27,097 nt of DNA from the NCBI GenBank assembly GCA_043767805.1, contig JAYUGC010000127.1, positions 1-27,097 on the forward strand, given 5' to 3'. This DNA comes from Pseudomonadota bacterium. GTDB taxonomy: Bacteria > Bdellovibrionota > FAC87 > UBA2466. Under the pieces are notes generated by a model. The model saw nothing but the letters and a program-made list of their open reading frames with translations, did not search any database and was not told where the DNA came from. Positions 19,229 through 27,097 of the stretch are shown one piece after another. Position numbers and translations under genes: made by a program. Position 1 is the stretch's first letter; every line of letters starts with the position of its first letter.

Positions 19229-20504
19229 GGGCTCTCCTTCTACTCTCTGGTTTGAAGACGCCCGGAAGCGGTTTGTAATCAGGATCTCCGCTCGCGGGCT
19301 TCTCGTTCACAAGTAATTTTGCGGTGAGTAAGCGCGGGTTCACCACGCGGCTCTTATCGGCGTCGTCATAGGTGCCGAAGATGTTCGGATTGGGCTCGAA
19401 GAGATGCCAGGTGAAGATGCGATCTTCTCCCCAAACTTCTCCGTAGAGCTGAATGTCGAACTCCAAGTCGCCGAGCCTGCGGCCGGTCTCGGAATGGCAA
19501 CGGGCGCACGACACTTCGTTCACCGGAATGAGGCCCATCTTGTAGCCCTTCGGCACGATATGAAAATCGGCTTGGGACCCGGCCGCGTAGGATTGGAGCT
19601 TTCCGTTCTCTTTCCAGATCTTTCCTTCGGCCGAGACGAACACCGTTTTTGAGAGGAGCGTCGCGATGAGTTGGGTGTTCGCGATACCCGGGAGCGGATC
19701 GATGGCTCCTTCAATCGTGGGAAAGATTTTGCCGTAGGGTTTCGACTCCATCCGGTCCGGCACGAGGGTCGCCGGGTTTCTGAGATGGGTGACGAGCTTT
19801 CTCAAATCCACCGACATGCCCCAGTCGGGCTCTTCGGCTTCGATGGCGTTCGCCAAATCTTCCGCTCTCGGAAACGGGCGGAAGGCGTTGACCTCCCAGC
19901 CGTCGAGATACCGCTTACGCGTGCGCACTTCGAACGCGTAGTAGTTGCCGTCGGGTCCCTTCTCTAAAAGGACTTCGCCGAAAAGGGTTCCCACCGGAAA
20001 GGTCCAGTTCCACCGGCCGCGGCCCGTGGGCCGCCAATATTTCACGGGAAGGGCGCGCCCGCCTTTTAGCGGCGGCGACCAGAAATTGATGACCTTCACG
20101 TTGGTCACGTCATCGGTTCCCGCGGCGGTGCGGAAGGGAAACATGAAACGGTAATCGGGGCCAAAATAATTCACGAGCTTGTGGATGGCGGGAAGCGTGT
20201 TGGTCTCGCCGACCTCACGGCCGACGCAGTTGGCCCGGCCTCCCACCACGACCTCGATAGAGTCCTGATAGAGATAGACCATCGATTCCTCGTCGTACCA
20301 AATCGTGTCCGCGGCTTTCAGGCGCGTCTCGGTCTCAGTGTCGCCCACGCGAGGCAAGCGAGTCTTCAAGTCTTTCACCACGGACGGAGTCATGAAATCC
20401 AAATATCCGTCTCGCACCGTGAGCCCGGTTTGGTGAGTAGTCGGAGGTTCGCATCCCCCCCAAGCGGGGAGTGCGAGGCAAAGCACAAACCATAGCCAGC
20501 GCAT
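19221..20504 (-). CDS. Large exported protein with a single CxxCH heme-c motif, uncharacterised
   Basis: 427 aa; signal peptide; WTFPVGTLFGEVL; SCARCHSE; 8-nt overlap with the next gene. Confidence 0.8.
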   Translation of the reverse strand: MRWLWFVLCLALPAWGGCEPPTTHQTGLTVRDGYLDFMTPSVVKDLKTRLPRVGDTETETRLKAADTIWYDEESMVYLYQDSIEVVVGGRANCVGREVGETNTLPAIHKLVNYFGPDYRFMFPFRTAAGTDDVTNVKVINFWSPPLKGGRALPVKYWRPTGRGRWNWTFPVGTLFGEVLLEKGPDGNYYAFEVRTRKRYLDGWEVNAFRPFPRAEDLANAIEAEEPDWGMSVDLRKLVTHLRNPATLVPDRMESKPYGKIFPTIEGAIDPLPGIANTQLIATLLSKTVFVSAEGKIWKENGKLQSYAAGSQADFHIVPKGYKMGLIPVNEVSCARCHSETGRRLGDLEFDIQLYGEVWGEDRIFTWHLFEPNPNIFGTYDDADKSRVVNPRLLTAKLLVNEKPASGDPDYKPLPGVFKPESRRRAHE

Positions 20505-20653
20505 GAGGCCTTCCTTGTATGAGGATAGGGATAAGTTTGGCAGGAATTCGGCGGGGACGATCTAATTATGACCCCCTCCGCTAACACTTGCTACAAGCGG
20601 ATCTTAACGGTTGGTGCCCCGTGTTGTCGGGATGGGAACTCGAGAGGCGCTTC

Positions 20654-20669
20654 GGCGTTTGCAAACGCC
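20654..20669. promoter_or_regulatory. Perfect 16-bp palindrome, candidate operator
   Basis: GGCGTTTGCAAACGCC in the divergent intergenic region. Confidence 0.45.
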
Positions 20670-20716
20670 CAAAGTTGAATTTTGACCTTCCTCGGTAAAA
20701 TGGTAAGCAAGACCGC

Positions 20717-21124
20717 ATGAAATGGCTTGGACGTCTGCTGCTTACTTCGCTCACCATTCTCGCCGTGCCCTATATCGTTTCCGGGGTGCAGGTGGATGGC
20801 ATCGGAACCGCGCTGCTCGCGGCTTTTTTGCTAGGTATTTTGAATGTGACGTTAAAGCCCCTTCTCATTCTTTTGACGTTGCCGCTGACTCTCCTCACCT
20901 TGGGCTTCTTTCTGCTTATCGTGAACGCCCTGGTGTTTCAGTTCGCCGCGGGACTCTTGCCGGGGCTTCATGTGGCGTCTTTCGGTTCCGCTTTTCTCGC
21001 CTCTCTCATGGTGAGCTTCGTGTCGTGGCTTCTGCAGCTCTCCGTTAAAAAAGAAGGCAATCGCAACGTCTTCGTCGTGAGCGACGTAGGCTCCGACGGC
21101 CGAAGAGTCCGCGACATCAATTAA
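20717..21124 (+). CDS. Holin superfamily IV (YvlD/DUF360-like) 4-TM membrane protein
   Basis: LGILNVTLKPLLILLTLPLTLLTLGFFLLIVNA, FGSAFLASL. Confidence 0.9.
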   Translation: MKWLGRLLLTSLTILAVPYIVSGVQVDGIGTALLAAFLLGILNVTLKPLLILLTLPLTLLTLGFFLLIVNALVFQFAAGLLPGLHVASFGSAFLASLMVSFVSWLLQLSVKKEGNRNVFVVSDVGSDGRRVRDIN

Positions 21125-21291
21125 ACGGAGGACATCGTTCGCTGTACCGGAAAGAAATTTCGGTGCGGCACCTGTTTCCTCACGATAAGCGCCGCACTCA
21201 GATCGAGCCAAAATGATCCCACTGGTCCCAAACCAGTGGAGCCGGTCCGCATCTGGCACCAGCTGATTTTTCCTTTTCCTGCCTGGGAATT

Positions 21292-21308
21292 CCGGCACGC
21301 CTCTTGCT
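21292..21308 (+). promoter_or_regulatory. Sigma-54 promoter candidate
   Basis: CCGGCACGCCTCTTGCT; GG at 21294-95, GC at 21306-07. Confidence 0.65.
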
Positions 21309-21353
21309 CAAGGCGACTGCGGTTGGTTGTAACAATATTTTTTGGAGTCATTC

Positions 21354-21824
21354 ATGAAACGTTCTCTCATCGCCGCTCTTGCGGTTCTCACTCTCGGTTC
21401 CAGCGCTTTCGCCACTTCTATCCGCGACGTCCGTTTGATGTACCGCGAAATTCCCGTCGGTCACGCCAAGCTTAACCCGTCTCTCAACTCCGTCATCGTG
21501 TACGGCGACGGCGAAGCGGTTCGCGTGACCTGCGATGCTTTCAGCCCCCGCGCTTGCGATCGCAAAACGATCCGGCGCTACAACGCGTATCAGATTGATT
21601 CGATCGGCCACCTGATCGAAGCCGCGCGCCGCGGCCGCATCGTCCGCTCGAAAACGTCCGCCCGCTGCATCGTCGCCCCGTCTTCGGAAGCTCGTTATTC
21701 CGCCGATAACGACCAGGTTCTCCTCGAAAAAGGAAACATCTGCACGGCGATTTTCGAGAACACCTCGCCCGCGGCCAAGCGTCTCGTGACGTTGCTCGAG
21801 ACCCTTCGTGGCATCCGCCGCTAA
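21354..21824 (+). CDS. Exported hypothetical protein (156 aa, four Cys)
   Basis: ATG 21354 after GGAG; signal peptide ending SAFA; own terminator. Confidence 0.85.
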   Translation: MKRSLIAALAVLTLGSSAFATSIRDVRLMYREIPVGHAKLNPSLNSVIVYGDGEAVRVTCDAFSPRACDRKTIRRYNAYQIDSIGHLIEAARRGRIVRSKTSARCIVAPSSEARYSADNDQVLLEKGNICTAIFENTSPAAKRLVTLLETLRGIRR

Positions 21825-21848
21825 GCTCTCGTAAGGACTCTTTGAGAC

Positions 21849-21885
21849 GGGGAAGCGGCTGAAAGGTCGCTTCCCCCCTTTTTTT
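21849..21885 (+). terminator. Rho-independent terminator
   Basis: GGGGAAGCG/CGCTTCCCC stem followed by a run of 8 T. Confidence 0.9.
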
Positions 21886-21920
21886 ATCCTTCGGCGCCTA
21901 GGTTGCACTTACTTTGCTCG

Positions 21921-22925
21921 ATGAAACGGGCGTCTTCTCGCATTCTAGCGGTCTTCACTCTCACTTCGATGAGCTTCGCGCTCGTAAGCACTTCCGTTTA
22001 CGGCTGGATGATCGGCAACTTGCCGGCCGCCAAGCTTTCCCCGCAGAGCTGCCGGCTCACGCTCTCCAGCGCGCCCGTCAAAAACGCCAAAGGCGGGCTT
22101 TCGGTCATGGTAACGACATGTTCGGCGACAATTATTGGCAAATCCGTCCTTCTGGGCGCGGCTCACTGTTTTGTGGGAAAAGCATTCGCCGAAGCGGTGG
22201 TGCAGTGTCCGAACGATACTTCGAAGACGATTTCCAACTGGACCACTCCGAAAGATTTCAAAGAGACCAATGACACCGCGGAATCGGCGCGCCTGGCTCC
22301 TTTCGATCTCGCCGCGATTCGCATCGAAGGCGAGTTCAAGGCGGATCCGCTCCCGCTTCCCAGAGGGCCCGCGGATCTCGAGAGACTTTTCGAGCAGACT
22401 CGCGAAGGGAAACCTCCGGAGTGTTCCATCTTTGGTTATGGTGAAGACGCCACTCTTTCTTCCGGCGCGCATAATGGGCGCAGCGTTTTCTTCGAAGAGT
22501 GGAAGACGGGCACAAACACTTTCACCGCGACCGATCCTCGGACGAAAAAAATCCTCTCGCGCCGAGTGGAAGACATCGTCTCTTTCTGGAACAAAGATAA
22601 TTCCACCATTTTATTCCGGGCTCAGGATTTCGATGCGCAAGGCAATCTCACCAATGCCATTCGTCATGGGGATTCAGGGGGCGGTTTGGAATGCGACGAC
22701 GCGAACGGTAAGCGCATCTTGATGGGCGTCACCAGTGGATTTTCCGTGCACGAGGACGTGTCTGGTCACGAAGCCCACGCCGCCGCGGTGACTTCGCTCG
22801 CGCATCGGCTCCCGCTCATCAAACAACTATTGGCCAGAGATATGAAAGCCACGGTAACGGGACAAGTGATCCAGCCCAAAGAAGACGTGGCCCTGTCGCG
22901 CCCGCGCGGTACCTCGACCCATTAG
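21921..22925 (+). CDS. Exported trypsin-like (S1) serine protease
   Basis: CSATII, GAAHCF, DLAAI, GDSGG; hydrophobic N-terminus. Confidence 0.9.
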   Translation: MKRASSRILAVFTLTSMSFALVSTSVYGWMIGNLPAAKLSPQSCRLTLSSAPVKNAKGGLSVMVTTCSATIIGKSVLLGAAHCFVGKAFAEAVVQCPNDTSKTISNWTTPKDFKETNDTAESARLAPFDLAAIRIEGEFKADPLPLPRGPADLERLFEQTREGKPPECSIFGYGEDATLSSGAHNGRSVFFEEWKTGTNTFTATDPRTKKILSRRVEDIVSFWNKDNSTILFRAQDFDAQGNLTNAIRHGDSGGGLECDDANGKRILMGVTSGFSVHEDVSGHEAHAAAVTSLAHRLPLIKQLLARDMKATVTGQVIQPKEDVALSRPRGTSTH

Positions 22926-23197
22926 TAGCAAGTCACGAAGAGATACGCGCTCCAGAAGAGCAGCCAGCGATGCAGCTTCGGATTCGACAACGTTTCGACA
23001 CCTAGCCGTGCGGAGGAGACCAAGGTCGGCGCTACGGCTTGGCCGAAGTAGCCCGCGAGATAGAAAGTATCGACCACCAAAACCTCGGCGAGAAACCGGG
23101 TCACTCCCACCATGTCTTGCAAACGCCTCGCTCCGTACGAACGGTCGGGGGCGCTCATTTGAATCGGAATCAATAATTGATTTCTGTGAGGTGCCAT
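22922..23197 (-). CDS. Small hypothetical protein with a hydrophobic C-terminus
   Basis: Fills the gap; 4-nt stop overlap with the protease gene; TGcTATAGA upstream. No recognisable motif. Confidence 0.45.
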   Translation of the reverse strand: MAPHRNQLLIPIQMSAPDRSYGARRLQDMVGVTRFLAEVLVVDTFYLAGYFGQAVAPTLVSSARLGVETLSNPKLHRWLLFWSAYLFVTCY

Positions 23198-23254
23198 GGG
23201 GCACCTTCTATAGCAAAGGGCTTCGTTCCCGATCTAGAGACACTTTTCGGCTCT

Positions 23255-24052
23255 CTAAAGGCCGATGCGTAAGGCCGCGCCGTGGAACGGATTCTCGGCG
23301 TCTTTCACGATGTAAGTGAAAAACACGGAGAGATCGACGGGCCCGAAAACCACGCCAAGCCGAAACAAAGTCTGGGGCGCCGAAAGACGCGTGAGGTAGT
23401 TGGCTCCGCCCGAAAGATAGAAGTGCGTGCCCTGCCAAGCCGCGAAAGCGCCCAGCTCGGCGTTCCCCGTATCGGTCATGTCGGGTAGGGCGCCCACCGC
23501 TTCGAGGTAAACCGTCGGGCTTATCTTGGCGCCAAAAGCCGCCGCCAGGCGCCCCACTTGGGTGCCGGGCTTGTCCACGGTCGAGCCTACCGAGACGGCG
23601 AAGCCGACCGTCCGGCCGGTATTGAGGGCCAAGGTTCCCGTGACGGTGGAAAACGCTCCGTTTCGGGCGATGGACCGGTGCACGTCGACCGTTCGGTCCA
23701 AGGCGACGCCCAAGGTCCACTTGCCTCCGCCAAAGGCGGTGCCAAGGCCGACACCGAGGGCTTCCTCGAATTGGCCGCTATCGGAAAGGTTCTTTCCGTA
23801 GCGAGAACCATAGGCCGCGACGGCGAGCCTGCCCGAGGACCAGGAAACCGACGGAGAGAGGACTAGCTCATGGGTTCCCGTGAACTTGGCAAAGAGTACT
23901 TCCCCCGCGAAACCCGCATTGGTGGCGGTGTGGCCGAGGTTGTTCAGGGAATTGGAGTCCGGATAAAGGAGGCCGAAGCCCCCTCGGCTGATGCTGCCGT
24001 GCGCCAATCCCGACCAGGTGAGCCAGACCAAAAAGACCAAGTAACCACGCAT
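23255..24052 (-). CDS. Putative outer-membrane beta-barrel protein
   Basis: Signal peptide MRGYLVFLVWLTWSGLAHG; Gly/aromatic-rich alternating strands; ends HGAALRIGL. Confidence 0.65.
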   Translation of the reverse strand: MRGYLVFLVWLTWSGLAHGSISRGGFGLLYPDSNSLNNLGHTATNAGFAGEVLFAKFTGTHELVLSPSVSWSSGRLAVAAYGSRYGKNLSDSGQFEEALGVGLGTAFGGGKWTLGVALDRTVDVHRSIARNGAFSTVTGTLALNTGRTVGFAVSVGSTVDKPGTQVGRLAAAFGAKISPTVYLEAVGALPDMTDTGNAELGAFAAWQGTHFYLSGGANYLTRLSAPQTLFRLGVVFGPVDLSVFFTYIVKDAENPFHGAALRIGL

Positions 24053-24104
24053 TTTCGAAAAGTTAGGCTTTACCATTGGGTGGGTCAATTCTTAAATAGC
24101 ACCT

Positions 24105-24500
24105 ATGAATACCGGAAAGACCTGGATCCTCGTGGCCGACCATTCTCGCGCTCAACTCTATTTGAACGTGAGCCCTGGCAAACAGCTTCAAAAGGTAAAA
24201 GACATCGCGTCTCCCGGGGATCCCACGCCTCGTCACGACGATTCCCACGACGGGCAAGAGCTTCGGCACCACGGCGAGGCTTTCGCGGGCGAGCTCTGCA
24301 CTTTGCTGCACGAGGGACGGGTCAATCATAACTACGACCGCCTTATCTTGGTGGCGGCCCCGAAATTTCTGGGTCAGATCCGCGCGAAACTCGATAAGCC
24401 CACCCACGCGGCCGTGACGGCGACCCTCGACAAGGACTTCATGCGCCTGTCGGATAACGAAATTCAGGCGCACCTGCACGAGTCGTTCTTCACGTTCTAG
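24105..24500 (+). CDS. Host-attachment (AtsE-like / baeRF) family protein
   Basis: TWILVADHSRA, FAGEL, YDRLILVAAPKFLGQIR, LDKDF. Confidence 0.85.
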   Translation: MNTGKTWILVADHSRAQLYLNVSPGKQLQKVKDIASPGDPTPRHDDSHDGQELRHHGEAFAGELCTLLHEGRVNHNYDRLILVAAPKFLGQIRAKLDKPTHAAVTATLDKDFMRLSDNEIQAHLHESFFTF

Positions 24501-24577
24501 AGCCAAAACGCCCCCAGTCGGTCTGAAAAAAAAGGGTTTGCGTTCGTGTGGGTGGATCGCTTTAAGCTCACCCTCCG

Positions 24578-24594
24578 CTGGCCTATCTCTTGCT
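24578..24594 (+). promoter_or_regulatory. Sigma-54 promoter candidate for the M3 peptidase
   Basis: CTGGCCTATCTCTTGCT; GG at 24580-81, GC at 24592-93. Confidence 0.6.
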
Positions 24595-24629
24595 TTGCGA
24601 GAGAACGGACATTGACTGGAGGGTTTTTC

Positions 24630-26678
24630 ATGAAGCGTTTGTTGTTTTGGTTCGGTGCCGTCTCTTTAGCCGTCGTTGCTTGCAGCGATAACAAGCCGGT
24701 AAATACCGCGCCTCAAAATGGGCCCGTCGATGATTCGCTGGCGCTTCGCTGGGATTACTCTCCCACGGACGTGAGCTCGTTTTGCTCGGCCGAGCAGGCC
24801 AAGCTGAAAAAGCGCCTCGACGCCGTCGCGGCCATCGGTCCCGCTAGCAGCAATTTCGCCAATACGGTCGCGGAAGTGGAGGACTCCACCACGGAGTTTG
24901 GGAACCTCATCAACCCCGTCACCTTCCTGAAATACGTTTCCCCCAATGAGGCGGTTCGGGCCGCCGCCGACACCTGCGAGACGGAAGTCTCCCAGTTCTA
25001 CGTCGAGCTCTATACTCGCGAAGATTTGTACCGCGCCATCAAGAACGCTTCCGAGAAGAACGAGTCGCTCGACGCGGCTTCCGATCAGCTGGTGAAGGAG
25101 TACTTGGTCGGCTTCAAGCGCAATGGCTTGGAACTTTCCACTGAAGGCAGAAAGACCTATTTAGAGAAGAAAAAAGCTTTGGTGAAGTTAGAGGCGGACT
25201 TCAGCACGAACTTGAACGAGTACAAGGATGAGCTGGTGCTCAGCTTGGCCGAGCTGGACGGCATGCCGGAAGCTTACCTCAAGGGCTTAAAGCGCACCGA
25301 CGACGGCAAGTACCGGGTGGATCTTTCTTACCCGAGCTACTACCCCTTCATGGAGAACGCGAAGAACGTGGACGCGCGTAAGCGTCTCGAGTTCAAGTTC
25401 AACCGCCGCGGCGGCGAGAAGAACCGCGATCTCTTGCGGGCGGCCATCAAGCTCCGCCAGGAGCTGGCGACGCTTTTGGGTTACAAGAACCACGCCGAGT
25501 TCGTCTTGGAACGGCAGATGGCGAAGAAGCCCGAGACGGTAGATGGTTTCTTGAAACCGCTCATCGGCAAGCTTCAGGCGAAGGGTCAGCAGGATCTCGC
25601 CGACATGCTCGCTTTCAAGAAGAGAGACGACGCGGCCGCAAGCTCCATCGACGCTTGGGACTGGCGCTACTATGCCAACCAGGTGAAGAAAGAGAAGTAT
25701 CAGTTCGACGGCGAAAAAGTCCGCGAGTACTTCCCCATGGACGTCGTATTGAAGGGCATGTTCGAGATCTATCAGACCATGCTCGGCGTGCAGTTCGTCG
25801 CGGTGGATGCGCCTAAGTGGAACTCCGACGTGCAGCTCTTCAAGGTCATGGACGGGGCGCGCACGGTCGCGTACTTCTTCATGGATCTTTATCCGCGCGA
25901 AGGTAAGTACGGGCACGCGGCGGCGTTCACTCTCGTGAACGGTTACCTGCAGGCCAACGGCAAGTACCGCGCGCCGGTTGCTTCCATCGTCGCCAACATG
26001 AACCCGCCCTCCGAAGGCAATCCTTCTTTGCTCGAGCACAGCGAAGTGGAGACGCTCTTCCACGAGTTCGGGCACATCATGCACCAGACTCTGACGACCG
26101 CTCGCTACTCCACTTTCTCCGGTACGAACGTGAACCGGGATTTCGTGGAAGCGCCTTCGCAGATGCTAGAGAACTGGGTGTGGGAACCTTCGGCTTTGGC
26201 GAAACTTTCGGGGCACTATCTCGATAAGTCAAAGCCGCTTCCGGAAGAGCTCATCCAGAAGATGGTGGCGGCGAAGCTGCACAACTCCGGCATTCTCTAT
26301 CTTCGTCAGGCGTCGTTTGCGACGCTCGACATGGAATACCACACGCAGGCTCCCGCCGATTCGACGGAAGTTTATGCGCGCGCCATGAAAGACGTGATGA
26401 TGATCCCGATTCAGGAAGGAACTTATCCTGAAGCGAGCTTCGGTCATTTGATGGGCGGGTACGATGCGGGTTATTACGGCTATCTCTGGTCCGAAGTGTA
26501 TGCCGCCGACATGTACTCGCGGTTCGCCAAAGACGGCCTGCTGAATGCGAAGACGGGTGCGGATTATCGCAATATGATCTTGGCGCCGGGGGGCACGCGG
26601 AGTGCCTTCTCTTTGATCACGGACTTCTTGGGCCGCGAGCCGAACCAGGACGCGTTTTTGAAGAGTCTAGGTCTCTAG
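24630..26678 (+). CDS. M3A metallopeptidase (thimet oligopeptidase-like), lipoprotein
   Basis: ATG 24630 after GGAGG; lipobox VVAC; DLYPREGKYGHAA, TLFHEFGH, DFVEAPSQMLENW, GYDAGYYGYLWSEV. Confidence 0.95.
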   Translation: MKRLLFWFGAVSLAVVACSDNKPVNTAPQNGPVDDSLALRWDYSPTDVSSFCSAEQAKLKKRLDAVAAIGPASSNFANTVAEVEDSTTEFGNLINPVTFLKYVSPNEAVRAAADTCETEVSQFYVELYTREDLYRAIKNASEKNESLDAASDQLVKEYLVGFKRNGLELSTEGRKTYLEKKKALVKLEADFSTNLNEYKDELVLSLAELDGMPEAYLKGLKRTDDGKYRVDLSYPSYYPFMENAKNVDARKRLEFKFNRRGGEKNRDLLRAAIKLRQELATLLGYKNHAEFVLERQMAKKPETVDGFLKPLIGKLQAKGQQDLADMLAFKKRDDAAASSIDAWDWRYYANQVKKEKYQFDGEKVREYFPMDVVLKGMFEIYQTMLGVQFVAVDAPKWNSDVQLFKVMDGARTVAYFFMDLYPREGKYGHAAAFTLVNGYLQANGKYRAPVASIVANMNPPSEGNPSLLEHSEVETLFHEFGHIMHQTLTTARYSTFSGTNVNRDFVEAPSQMLENWVWEPSALAKLSGHYLDKSKPLPEELIQKMVAAKLHNSGILYLRQASFATLDMEYHTQAPADSTEVYARAMKDVMMIPIQEGTYPEASFGHLMGGYDAGYYGYLWSEVYAADMYSRFAKDGLLNAKTGADYRNMILAPGGTRSAFSLITDFLGREPNQDAFLKSLGL

Positions 26679-26688
26679 TCGTTGTGAG

Positions 26689-26720
26689 GGCGGGTCGGAG
26701 GCATCGGCCTCCCACCCGTC
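26689..26720 (+). terminator. GC-rich hairpin after the M3 gene (no strong U tract)
   Basis: GGCGGGTcGGAGGC-atcg-GCCTCCcACCCGTC. Confidence 0.45.
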
Positions 26721-26724
26721 GCTT

Positions 26725-26835
26725 CCGCTTCGATCCGGCCCGGTCACTGGTTGCTGGATGCTGGTACGAGGTAGGTCATCTTGATCTTTGCCTGCCGCAC
26801 TCCTCGTGACCGCCCCGGATCGAGCCGCGAAGCGG
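26725..26835. other. Long imperfect stem-loop, possible structured RNA
   Basis: Nested complementary pairs TCGATCCGG/CCGGATCGA, CGGTCAC/GTGACCG, GGTAGG/CCTGCC. Confidence 0.4.
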
Positions 26836-26875
26836 GATCGTCTAATGTCTGACTACTGCCGCCCAAAGGTAGTAC

Positions 26876-26900
26876 AGAGGTTTTAGATAGCAAAACCTCT
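26876..26900. promoter_or_regulatory. Inverted repeat, candidate enhancer-binding-protein site
   Basis: AGAGGTTTT-N7-AAAACCTCT, about 90-110 bp upstream of a sigma-54 motif. Confidence 0.45.
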
Positions 26901-26983
26901 ATGTCCTCAACGACTTAATAAAATGGGTATTCGCGCTGTCTACTGTTAGTGCAGAGGTGACTAGTTTCTCGTGAGGGAAAATC

Positions 26984-27000
26984 CGGGCACCAGCTTTGCA
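26984..27000 (+). promoter_or_regulatory. Sigma-54 promoter candidate for a transcript leaving the window
   Basis: CGGGCACCAGCTTTGCA; GG at 26986-87, GC at 26998-99. Confidence 0.55.
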
Positions 27001-27015
27001 ATTTGTAGGAAGTAT

Positions 27016-27026
27016 CCCCCCCCCCC
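27016..27026 (+). repeat. Poly-C tract (C11)
   Basis: Eleven consecutive C. Confidence 0.9.
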
Positions 27027-27097
27027 AACAAAATTTAGAGTTTCCCGCCATGTCCTTGTGCGGGGTTGCTAGTCCCGAAAGGCGCGTTCGCTTTGGT

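Noticed and set aside
20717..21124. Holin-family gene as prophage evidence
   Set aside because: No endolysin, integrase or structural genes nearby; YvlD-like proteins are common chromosomal membrane proteins.
23168..23182. AATCAATAATTGATT palindrome as an FNR box
   Set aside because: Half-sites are in the opposite order and spacing to TTGAT-N4-ATCAA, and it lies inside an ORF.
25287..26084. 265-aa minus-strand ORF
   Set aside because: Antisense shadow of the M3 peptidase.
27030..27097. Possible c-di-GMP riboswitch around CCGAAAGG
   Set aside because: The GCAAA/GGGACGCAAAG-type conserved elements are not visible, and the window ends.

Overview
Gene-dense, GC-rich bacterial chromosome segment with about 26 likely CDSs. 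I found no rRNA, tRNA, CRISPR array, transposase or integrase. The many exported hydrolases and orphan signal-peptide proteins, plus frequent sigma-54-like promoters, suggest a Bdellovibrionota/deltaproteobacteria-like organism (inference only). Recognisable genes: M49 dipeptidyl peptidase III (truncated at the left edge and absent from the ORF track), YkgJ-type Cys-cluster protein, dienelactone hydrolase-like protein, yheU, GT87-like glycosyltransferase, SGNH hydrolase, GH15-like protein, tex, yebC, GT2, sodC, hppD with a divergent LysR regulator, holin-superfamily-IV membrane protein, S1 protease, host-attachment/baeRF-like protein and an M3 peptidase lipoprotein. The best candidate for an undescribed system is a tightly coupled three-gene operon (18384-20504, minus strand). 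It encodes a large exported CxxCH protein, a Tat lipoprotein with paired His motifs and a small exported monoheme cytochrome c. Other points of note: an exported atypical kinase-like protein, a stand-alone SecD P1-head-like protein, two outward-facing gene remnants flanking the GT87/SGNH pair, a split between sigma-54/Shine-Dalgarno genes and apparently leaderless genes, and two highly structured intergenic regions. All family calls come from motif recognition by eye; no database searches were run.
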